Both the position numbers and the translations under genes were made by a program. Positions 1-7,731 of a DNA stretch of 64,000 nucleotides are shown piece by piece. Position 1 is the first letter of the stretch; each line of letters begins with the position of its first letter. Source of the DNA: Terracidiphilus sp. (lineage in GTDB: Bacteria; Acidobacteriota; Terriglobia; Terriglobales; Acidobacteriaceae); the NCBI GenBank assembly GCA_049515995.1, contig JBEKTO010000004.1, forward strand, positions 30,042 to 94,041, in the 5' to 3' direction. The notes below the pieces were generated by a model. It was not told the DNA's origin. It did no database searches and saw nothing but the letters and a program-made list of their open reading frames with translations.

Positions 1-1
1 A

Positions 2-652
2 CGTTTCTTCGATGTGACCTCGGGCCGCATTCTCATCGACGGCCGCGACATCCGCGAGTTGACGCTGGGTTCGCTGCGCCGCCAGGTCGCGCAGGTGACG
101 CAAGAAACGATTCTCTTCAACGACACGGTGCGCAACAACATTGCCTACGGGCAGCCGGATGTGAAACATGCCCTGGTGGAGCAGGCCGCGCGCAACGCCC
201 TGGCCCACGACTTCATTTTGCACATGCCGCAGGGCTACGATACGGTGATCGGCGAAAAGGGCTTCCGGCTCTCCGGCGGCGAGCGCCAGCGCATGGCCAT
301 TGCCCGCGCCATCCTGAAAAATTCGCCGATTCTGATTCTGGACGAGGCGACATCGGCGCTGGACGCCGAAAGCGAGTCGCTGGTGCAGGCCGCGCTGGCC
401 AACCTGATGCAAGGCCGCACCGTGATGGTGATCGCCCACCGGCTTTCCACCATTCGCCGCGCCAACCGCATCGCCGTGCTCGAAGACGGGCGCATCACCG
501 CGATCGGTTCGCATGAGGAGCTGCTCACCATCTCGCCCACGTACCAGCGGCTTTATCAATTGCAGTTCATGGACGCTCCCGAACCGCAAGCATCGGAGCC
601 GTTGGAAAAGGACCCGTCTCAAATGCAATTGGCGCTCGGGTCACAGGAGTAG
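2..652 (+). CDS. ABC transporter ATP-binding domain, C-terminal part of an MsbA-like exporter (5' end outside window)
   Basis: Q-loop VTQE, signature LSGGERQR, Walker B ILDEATS, H-loop IAHRLST; frame open from base 2. Confidence 0.85.
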   Translation, partial: RFFDVTSGRILIDGRDIRELTLGSLRRQVAQVTQETILFNDTVRNNIAYGQPDVKHALVEQAARNALAHDFILHMPQGYDTVIGEKGFRLSGGERQRMAIARAILKNSPILILDEATSALDAESESLVQAALANLMQGRTVMVIAHRLSTIRRANRIAVLEDGRITAIGSHEELLTISPTYQRLYQLQFMDAPEPQASEPLEKDPSQMQLALGSQE

Positions 653-658
653 CAGGAA

Positions 659-1558
659 ATGCCGATTAACTCGATGACCGGGTATGCCCGCGCGCAGGTG
701 CGCGTGAACGATCAACTCAGCTACACGCTGAGCGTGAAAAGCGTGAATCACCGTTTTCTCGATGTGCAGTTGCGCCTGCCCTCGGGACTGGACGCGCTGG
801 AGATGGAGTTGCGCCGGACGCTCAAGGAGAACCTGATCCGCGGCCACGTGGATCTGACGCTCTCAGTGGATCGCGGCAGCCAGCAGAAAGCCGGCTACAA
901 CCGCGAACTGGTGGCCAGTTATCTGGCCGCATTCGCCGCGGCGCGGGAGGAGCACGGACTCGGCGGCCAACCGGATCTGAATGCGATACTGCGCCTGCCG
1001 GGCGCGCTGCAAAACGACAATCGCGGCGACGGCGACGAAGACGCGGCGGCGCTGGCGGAGAGCGCGATGGAGCAGATTGGGCCGCTGATCGCGCAGTTGA
1101 ACGCCATGCGGGCGCGCGAGGGCGAGTCGCTTGAAGCCATCCTGCGCGCCACGCTGGACCGGCTGGCCGAAGCCACCGAGGGCGTGGCGGCGCTGCGTCC
1201 CGAGGTGGAGGAGCGCTACCAGGAACGGCTGACCCAGCGGCTGCTGGCCGCCACCGGACCGGAGTTCAATCGTCAGCGCCTGCTGGAAGAGGTCGCGGTG
1301 CTGGTGGAGCGCAGCGACATCGCCGAGGAACTGACGCGCATGGCTACCCACATCGGGCACTTTCGCGAATTGCTGACCGCGGGCGGCGAAGCGGGCAAGA
1401 AGCTCGACTTTCTGCTGCAGGAGATGAACCGCGAGGCCAATACGCTGCTCTCAAAGACCGGCGGCGTAGGCGGCAAGGGAACGCGCATCACAGAATTGGG
1501 ACTGGCCATGAAGGCCGAGATCGAAAAGGCCCGCGAACAGATTCAGAACGTGGAATAA
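659..1558 (+). CDS. yicC: YicC/YloC family endoribonuclease
   Basis: SMTGY N-terminus, SVNHRFLD, KKLDFLLQEMNREANT, REQIQNVE C-terminus; upstream of gmk as is typical. Confidence 0.92.
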   Translation: MPINSMTGYARAQVRVNDQLSYTLSVKSVNHRFLDVQLRLPSGLDALEMELRRTLKENLIRGHVDLTLSVDRGSQQKAGYNRELVASYLAAFAAAREEHGLGGQPDLNAILRLPGALQNDNRGDGDEDAAALAESAMEQIGPLIAQLNAMRAREGESLEAILRATLDRLAEATEGVAALRPEVEERYQERLTQRLLAATGPEFNRQRLLEEVAVLVERSDIAEELTRMATHIGHFRELLTAGGEAGKKLDFLLQEMNREANTLLSKTGGVGGKGTRITELGLAMKAEIEKAREQIQNVE

Positions 1559-1574
1559 AACCCGACAAAGGCAA

Positions 1575-2369
1575 TTGAAGGATAATCGAACTGTGGCAGG
1601 AATTCTTTTCATCATTTCGGCGCCCTCGGGCTCGGGCAAAAGCACGCTGGTCAGCGAATTGCGCAAGCAGGTCAGCGGCGTGGAGTTCGCGGTTTCGTGG
1701 ACCACGCGGCAGCCGCGCGGCTCAGAGGAGCACGGGCGGGAATACAACTTCACCACTCGCGAGGAGTTCCAGCGGATGATCGACGCGGGCGTCTTCCTGG
1801 AGCACGCCGAAGTCTTCGGCAACTTCTACGGCACCGCGCGCACGTCTCTGGAAGAGGCGCGCACGGCCGGCCACGATCTGCTGCTGGATATCGACGTGCA
1901 AGGCGCGGCGCAGGTGCGGGCCAACATGCCCGAAGCGGTGAGCATCTTTGTGATGCCGCCCAATCCCAGGGTTCTGCGCACTCGCCTGCGCAATCGCAGC
2001 CGCGCCGAAGGCATTGTGAACGAGGAGGAAGTCTACCGGCGGCTGAACGCGGCGAGCAAGGAGATTGAGAATTATCGCGAGTACGGCTATATTCTGGTCA
2101 ACGACATCCTGGACCGGGCGGTAGCGCAACTGGAGGCCATTGTCTTGGCCGAGCGGTTCTATCGCAATGGCGAAACCATCGCCTACCGTTCGCGACGGGT
2201 GTTGGAGGTCGCCGCGGCCTGCCTGCAGATCAACTCGCAGGAGCGGCTCAGACCGGTGCTGGAGGCGTTTGGCATTCTCGGCTGCAACGGTCAGCAACAA
2301 CTCAACTTCGAGGAGGATTCCGGCGAGGAAGACTCCGACGAACCCAAGGAGGACTCCCATGACGATTGA
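1575..2369 (+). CDS. gmk: Guanylate kinase
   Basis: P-loop SAPSGSGKST, SWTTR.PR, GREYNF, YGT, LLDIDVQGA; acidic C-terminal tail. Confidence 0.95.
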   Translation: MKDNRTVAGILFIISAPSGSGKSTLVSELRKQVSGVEFAVSWTTRQPRGSEEHGREYNFTTREEFQRMIDAGVFLEHAEVFGNFYGTARTSLEEARTAGHDLLLDIDVQGAAQVRANMPEAVSIFVMPPNPRVLRTRLRNRSRAEGIVNEEEVYRRLNAASKEIENYREYGYILVNDILDRAVAQLEAIVLAERFYRNGETIAYRSRRVLEVAAACLQINSQERLRPVLEAFGILGCNGQQQLNFEEDSGEEDSDEPKEDSHDD

Positions 2370-2589
2370 GACCGGCTTCGACTCGAACTACCGCAAGGTT
2401 CTCGTAGCCGCCCGCCGCGCCCGCCAGTTGCAGAGCGGTTCTCACGCCCTGATTTCCAGCCAGTCCACCAAGCCCTGCCGCATCGCGCAGGAAGAGATCG
2501 ACGCCGGCAAGATCGCGTACGTCAAGACCGAATTGCCGGTGGTGAAGCCGCTGGTGGAAGGTCCTGCCGTCCCCATCCTGCTGAGCTAG
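2359..2589 (+). CDS. rpoZ: RNA polymerase omega subunit
   Basis: DSNYRKVLVAARRARQLQSG...KPCRIAQEEI motif; gmk-rpoZ-coaBC synteny; ATG at 2359 after GGAGG. Confidence 0.9.
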   Translation: MTIETGFDSNYRKVLVAARRARQLQSGSHALISSQSTKPCRIAQEEIDAGKIAYVKTELPVVKPLVEGPAVPILLS

Positions 2590-2620
2590 CTTCCCCAACG
2601 CACGCTCCGCATCGAACGCT

Positions 2621-2683
2621 GCGCCCCCTCCATGCGCCCTGGTCCTGTGTCCCCGCGCAGGGAGGGGGAAACCATGAACCTGC
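2621..2683 (+). repeat. REP-like palindromic element, intergenic (family GYGC-CCCA...GGGA..CCAYGAACC)
   Basis: 14-bp stem 2624-2637/2655-2668 with 1 mismatch, followed by AAACCATGAACC; matches copies at 7484 and 27021. Confidence 0.65.
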
Positions 2684-2744
2684 ACCGACCGCAACCGCCC
2701 CGATCCGGGCGCGTTCCACAGCGGAAACGTTCTACAATCGAGCT

Positions 2745-4052
2745 ATGAGAGTAACCGTGGGCGTCTGCGGCGGAATTGCCGCGTACAAGGCGGCGGAACT
2801 GGTGCGCGCCCTGCAACGGCAGGCCCTTGAAGTCCATGTGGTCATGACCGAGGCGGCGGGCAAGTTCATCCAGCCGCTCACCTTTGCCGCGCTGACCGGG
2901 CACAAGGTCATTACCGGGCTCTTTGACGACACCGGCTCGGCCGTCGCCGCGTACGACTCTTCCATCGAGCACATCGGCGAGGCGCAGTGGGCCGAGGCGC
3001 TGGTGATTGCGCCGGCCACGGCCAACATCCTGGCCAAATTTGCCCACGGGATCGCCGACGATTTTCTGACGACCATGTACCTGGCCACGCAGGCGCCGGT
3101 GCTGGTGGCTCCGGCGATGAACGTGAACATGTGGGAGCATCCGGCGACCCAGGCGAATCTCGATCTGCTGCGCCAGCGCGGCGTGCGCGTGGTGGAACCG
3201 GGCACGGGCGAGCTGGCCTGCGGCATGGTGGGCGCGGGACGGATGGCCGAGCCGGAAGAGATCGCCGATGCCGTGCTGAGCGTGCTGGGCCGTCGCCGCG
3301 ACCTGGCCGGCGAAATCGTGCTAGTGACCGCGGGCGGCACGCGCGAGGCGCTGGACCCGGTCCGCTTTCTGGGCAACCGCTCCAGCGGCAAGATGGGCTA
3401 CGCGCTGGCCGAGGCCGCGCAGAGCCGGGGCGCAAAGGTGATTCTGGTCAGCGGGCCTTCGGCCTTGCATCCGCCGGCGCACTGCGAACTGGTGAAGGTG
3501 ACCACGGCCGACCAGATGCGCACCGCAGTACTGGAGCGCATGGTTGAAGCTACGCTGGTGGTGAAAGCCGCCGCGGTGGCAGACTACCGGCCGGTCGCGG
3601 TTTCGGAACAAAAGCTGAAGCGCACCGGGCCGCTCACGCTGGAGCTGGAACCCACGGAAGACATTCTGGCCGAAGTCGTGCGGCGGCGGCGTCCGGGGCA
3701 ACTCATCGTGGGCTTTGCCGCGGAGACCGAGAACCGCATGGAAAACGGCCGCGCCAAGCTGCTGCGCAAGGGCGCCGACGCCATCGTGGTCAACGATGTT
3801 TCGGGCGAGGGCGTGGGCATCGACGCGGACGTGAACGCCGCGACCTTCCTGACCCTGTCCACGTCCATCGAGATGCCGGAGATGCCCAAACGGCAGTTGG
3901 CCGACCGCATTCTGGACGAGATTCTCACTCTGCGCCGGCCCCGCTCGGTGGTGCTGGAGCTGGACGACGACGAGGACCAGAAGGCGAGACAGGACCGGGT
4001 CCTGAGAGAAGCCGCGCCCGCCGCCGCCCGCCGGCAACTGATCGTGGAGTAA
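2745..4052 (+). CDS. coaBC: Phosphopantothenoylcysteine decarboxylase/ligase
   Basis: GGIAAYKA, APATANILAK, PAMNVNM, TAGGTREALDPVRFLGNRSSGKMG, AAVADY, GFAAET. Confidence 0.96.
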   Translation: MRVTVGVCGGIAAYKAAELVRALQRQALEVHVVMTEAAGKFIQPLTFAALTGHKVITGLFDDTGSAVAAYDSSIEHIGEAQWAEALVIAPATANILAKFAHGIADDFLTTMYLATQAPVLVAPAMNVNMWEHPATQANLDLLRQRGVRVVEPGTGELACGMVGAGRMAEPEEIADAVLSVLGRRRDLAGEIVLVTAGGTREALDPVRFLGNRSSGKMGYALAEAAQSRGAKVILVSGPSALHPPAHCELVKVTTADQMRTAVLERMVEATLVVKAAAVADYRPVAVSEQKLKRTGPLTLELEPTEDILAEVVRRRRPGQLIVGFAAETENRMENGRAKLLRKGADAIVVNDVSGEGVGIDADVNAATFLTLSTSIEMPEMPKRQLADRILDEILTLRRPRSVVLELDDDEDQKARQDRVLREAAPAAARRQLIVE

Positions 4053-4057
4053 GCCAA

Positions 4058-4984
4058 GTGGCGCGAACGCTCGACCCATCGACGAAAGCAGCCCTGCTGG
4101 ATCGCGTCCGCTTCTACCGCGACCTGGGCCTCACCGAGTTTTACCGCCGGCCCGTGGACCCCGCGCTGATGGCGCAACTGGCCGCCGAGCCGGAGCTGCC
4201 CCAGCCGACAACGCAGGCCGAGCCCGTTCCAGCGGATGCACAAGCGTCCCATGGCCCATCCGCTCCGCATCTTTCCGCGGAACGGACGGGAGACCAACCC
4301 GTTCCTCAGCACGCACCTGCCCAGCCCGACTTTTTCCAGGAGGATCAGCCGATTCCGCCCCGCAAGCCAATCCAAGCACCACCGCAGGCAGCCGCCGCGG
4401 TTCCCGCCGCAGAACGCGCCGCCGCTCTCCAGATCATTCGCGACGAGATCGGCGACTGCACCCGCTGCGCACTGCACACAGGCCGCCACAAGCTGGTCTT
4501 CGGCGACGGCGACGCGGCCGCGCGGCTGATGTTTGTGGGCGAGGGTCCGGGCGCCGACGAGGACGCGCAGGGACTGCCCTTTGTGGGCCGGGCCGGGCAA
4601 CTGCTGAACAACATGATCGCGGCCATGGGGCTGAAGCGCGAGCAGGTCTACATCGCCAACGTGGTCAAGTGCCGTCCGCCGGGCAACCGCACGCCGGAGC
4701 CGGAGGAGGGAAACACCTGTTCGCCGTTTCTCTTCCGCCAGATCGACGTGGTGCGGCCCCAGGTGCTGGTGGCGCTGGGAGCCACGGCGGCCACGTATCT
4801 GCTGGGCTCGCGGCAGCCGCTGGCCGGGCTGCGCGGCCGGGTCCATGCCTTCCGCGGCACGCAACTGATCGTCACCTACCATCCCGCGTACCTGCTGCGC
4901 GACCCGCGGCAGAAGAAGGAAGCGTGGGCCGATCTGCAGATCGCCATGCGCGAACTGGGACTGAAGCCGCCCAGCCGCGGATGA
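4058..4984 (+). CDS. udg: Uracil-DNA glycosylase family 4 with extended Pro-rich N-terminus
   Basis: CTRC Fe-S cysteines, GEGPGADED, PFVGRAG, KCRPP.NR.P, TYHPAYLLR. Confidence 0.92.
   Translation: MARTLDPSTKAALLDRVRFYRDLGLTEFYRRPVDPALMAQLAAEPELPQPTTQAEPVPADAQASHGPSAPHLSAERTGDQPVPQHAPAQPDFFQEDQPIPPRKPIQAPPQAAAAVPAAERAAALQIIRDEIGDCTRCALHTGRHKLVFGDGDAAARLMFVGEGPGADEDAQGLPFVGRAGQLLNNMIAAMGLKREQVYIANVVKCRPPGNRTPEPEEGNTCSPFLFRQIDVVRPQVLVALGATAATYLLGSRQPLAGLRGRVHAFRGTQLIVTYHPAYLLRDPRQKKEAWADLQIAMRELGLKPPSRG
4255..4296 (+). repeat. REP-like palindrome inside the udg coding sequence
   Basis: CCCATCCGCTCCGC (4255-4268) / GCGGAACGGACGGG (4277-4290) stem with 2 mismatches, then AGACCA as in the intergenic copies. 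Confidence 0.6.
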
Positions 4985-5006
4985 GCCGCCGGCCCGGAGC
5001 CGCGCA

Positions 5007-5035
5007 GAAACACAGATTCACCGGTTCTGTGTTTC
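5007..5035. terminator. Hairpin after udg, possible terminator
   Basis: Perfect 10-bp stem GAAACACAGA/TCTGTGTTTC; weak U tract. Confidence 0.4.
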
Positions 5036-5425
5036 CGTGAGATTTTCTAAAAAGCGCGTTTGGATTGAATGACTTAAGTGCCGTTTCACAGTTTCACAGG
5101 CAAAAAACGGGGGCAAAGTTTTTCATGGCTTGCGGGGGAGCGAGTCAGCAGGTCAGCGCCTGGCGGGGCTGCTGGCCGGCGAGTTGAGCGGATGCTGCCC
5201 TGTCTTCTATCTACCAGTGTGCGCCAACGGAGGGATATATTCTGCAAAGCGCAGGACTGCGTGTCGAGTGGAACTCCCAGGTTCCAAAGGCGGGAGCTGG
5301 ATCGCAGCCCAGTTGGTTCGATGCTCGCCTGCTCTCACTCGCAAGATGGCGACACTCCTCCGCTGTGCCCGGCGATCCGGGCTTGCTGGCGGCGAGCATT
5401 CTCTTCAGGCCCGTTGGCCCGCACC

Positions 5426-5608
5426 CTAGGTCTGGGTGAGGAGCGCAATGTCCTGGTGGACCGCTTTGTCGAGGCAGGCGGCGTGACAGGCCAGTTCCTG
5501 CACTTCGTCCCGGTCTCGATTGGAGCGCAGATCGAGCAGGCAAGGATCGAGATGACAGGCGTCGATTTCGTGACCGCAGAAGCAACAAACGTACACGGTT
5601 TTCTTCAT
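5426..5608 (-). CDS. Small Cys/His-rich hypothetical protein (60 aa)
   Basis: MKKTVYVCCFCGHEID...C...CHAAC; protein-like composition in an otherwise empty interval. Confidence 0.5.
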   Translation of the reverse strand: MKKTVYVCCFCGHEIDACHLDPCLLDLRSNRDRDEVQELACHAACLDKAVHQDIALLTQT

Positions 5609-5738
5609 CGTAGGCACTTTCCAAAACAAACTCGCACGATGCGCCGGAGGCGAAGAATCGAGAGCCTGTACGGGACCGCGGAGGGTTCGCTCTCTGCGAC
5701 CTGAGCGATGCTCACTCCGCTGGTTCCGTTCCCCTCGC

Positions 5739-6497
5739 TCATCCGTCGAACCGCCATAACGCCACGCCGCCGAGCAGCCCGGTCTCATTCGGCACAATGC
5801 TGACGTCCTTGGGAAGTTCAACGTCGATCTTTTTGGTATTGCCGCCGCCGATGTAGAGGTGATCCCAGTTGAAGGTGGCCAGGGTCTGGGCAATCGCCTC
5901 CAGCAGCAGCTTGTTCCATTCCTTCTTGCCAAACTTGTCGAGGCCGCGGCGGCCGAGGTAGTCCTCGTAGGTCATGCCCTTCTTGCGCCAGGGGTGGTGG
6001 GCCAGCTCGAGGCCGGGGCAGAGGTGGCCGTCGGAGAAGAGCGAAGAGCCCATGCCAGTGCCCAGGGTGATCGCCATTTCAACGCCTTTGCCCTGGATGG
6101 CCCCATAGCCCTGCACGGCGGCGTCGTTGCAGACGCGCACCGGCTTCTTCCAGCGCAGTTCCAGTTCGCCCTGGAGCGGGAAACCCGCCCACTTGGGATT
6201 GAGATTGAAGGCTCCCAGGGTGACGCCGCGCTTGATGACGCCGGGGAAGCCGACCGAGACGCGGTCGAACTTGGGCAGCAGCCTGCGCAAATCGTCGAGG
6301 CCGTTGAGCACCAGCTCCGGGGTGGGCACGGCCGGGGTCGTTACGCGCTGGCGCTCGCTGACCGGCTTGCCTTCGGGGTCCAGCAGCATGGCCTTCAGCC
6401 CGGAACCGCCAATGTCGATGGAGAGGGTGACGGGCGAAAGGGCGGCGGAGGCGGCGCTGGGCGCAGGAAGAGCGGTCGAAGATGTCTTGGGTGTCAT
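5739..6497 (-). CDS. ROK family sugar kinase, polyphosphate glucokinase-like
   Basis: SIDIGGSGLK, VGFPGV, NDAAVQG, TLGTGMGS, LELAH, YIGGGN; start placed at ATG 6497. Confidence 0.85.
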   Translation of the reverse strand: MTPKTSSTALPAPSAASAALSPVTLSIDIGGSGLKAMLLDPEGKPVSERQRVTTPAVPTPELVLNGLDDLRRLLPKFDRVSVGFPGVIKRGVTLGAFNLNPKWAGFPLQGELELRWKKPVRVCNDAAVQGYGAIQGKGVEMAITLGTGMGSSLFSDGHLCPGLELAHHPWRKKGMTYEDYLGRRGLDKFGKKEWNKLLLEAIAQTLATFNWDHLYIGGGNTKKIDVELPKDVSIVPNETGLLGGVALWRFDG

Positions 6498-6664
6498 CAG
6501 CAGGAATTGTACTGCCTGCGGCCTGGTTTGCAAGGGGGACTGTGGAAGCTCCCGAAAAAGAGCATTTCCTTTGCCGGGACAACCGTCGCCCGCGTACGCG
6601 CGCCTGGAAGCAAGGATGCAGCCGGTCAACGTGGCCATGTAGAGACAAAGACGTATTTTGTCCC

Positions 6665-7114
6665 TTAAATATCCTGCTTGCCAGAGACGATCTTAAAGGT
6701 TACCTGGCCCCTGCGAAAGACGATCAACGCGTGCCCTGCGGAGGATGGGTAGCATTCTTCCTGGACCAACTGCCATCCAGATTCGGTCATGATATCCGAG
6801 TAAAAGGCGCATAGATCCTTCGCGGATCTCCCGAAAGCAATTGTTCTGGACGCGCGGCCCTTCTCCGGTTGGTATCCGGAAGTGAATCCTTGCTCGGTTG
6901 CGTCCGAGGGAAGGGGCAGCGACCTCAATTCCTGTACAACTTGATTCTGAAACCGGGCGGCCTGCGGATGAATGAGGTAGTCAAGCCCCATGATTCCGAA
7001 TCCGGCGAGGAGTGCAATGGCGCCGACGCGCCAAGGAAATCTTTCCCGCATCTTCTCCAACTGAATTGAAGGAAAACGCAAGTTTCGCAGGCTGCCGCTC
7101 TTTTCTTTCGACAT
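6665..7114 (-). CDS. Hypothetical protein with N-terminal membrane anchor
   Basis: Hydrophobic VGAIALLAGFGIMGLDYLI segment then globular region; start uncertain (7114 or 7051). Confidence 0.45.
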   Translation of the reverse strand: MSKEKSGSLRNLRFPSIQLEKMRERFPWRVGAIALLAGFGIMGLDYLIHPQAARFQNQVVQELRSLPLPSDATEQGFTSGYQPEKGRASRTIAFGRSAKDLCAFYSDIMTESGWQLVQEECYPSSAGHALIVFRRGQVTFKIVSGKQDI

Positions 7115-7483
7115 CCCTTTCTCCGTCGAAGGTTCGCCGGTCGCATGATAGCGATCTGGCCCGGTTTGGCAGTGGAGGCGAAACCTGAGGGGAAAAGCAG
7201 GTTCTTCGACTGCGCATGGCGCCCAGCCACCCAGCGACAAAGGCCTGCCGCCGGGGTCCCCGGCCACGCGCCCTCCTTCGCTCAAGATGAACGGGGCTTA
7301 TGCTGTGCGTTTCGCCGCGCCGCCTACGGGGCGCGGAATTGCTTTTGGCCTCTTTCCCAGGACTGCGCTTCGCTTGTCCTGGGCTATTTTCCTGCCGCCC
7401 CTCCGGGGCTGCTGTTGCGTGGCCGGTTCCTTCCCGGCCTACTCGCACCGCGCGTCCGTTGCTCGGGATAAACGGAGCCGGAT

Positions 7484-7537
7484 GAGGGTCGTGGCTTCCC
7501 ACCCTTTCGCCAGAAAGAAGACGAAAGGATGGGGCAC
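7484..7537 (-). repeat. REP-like palindromic element, intergenic
   Basis: Minus strand GTGCCCCATCCTTTCG...CGAAAGGGTGGGAAGCCACGACCCTC; 12-bp stem with 1 mismatch. Confidence 0.7.
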
Positions 7538-7731
7538 GGGGCAAAAATAAAGACGCCGCGATAGTGGGGCACGGGGCATTTTGAGAGATCGGAGCCGGTT
7601 CATTGCTGGCTGTAGCTCGGCGCGGCTTGTCTCGCTGCTCAAGATGACTGCTTTCTTTCGTTTTGCGATGGTTCGGCCCGGATCGATCATGAAGCGTCAC
7701 GTTCCATCGCCTACACTGAGTCTTGCCTCTC

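Noticed and set aside
5083-5098. GTTTCACA tandem dimer after udg
   Set aside because: Single occurrence with no linked gene or regulator; could be chance
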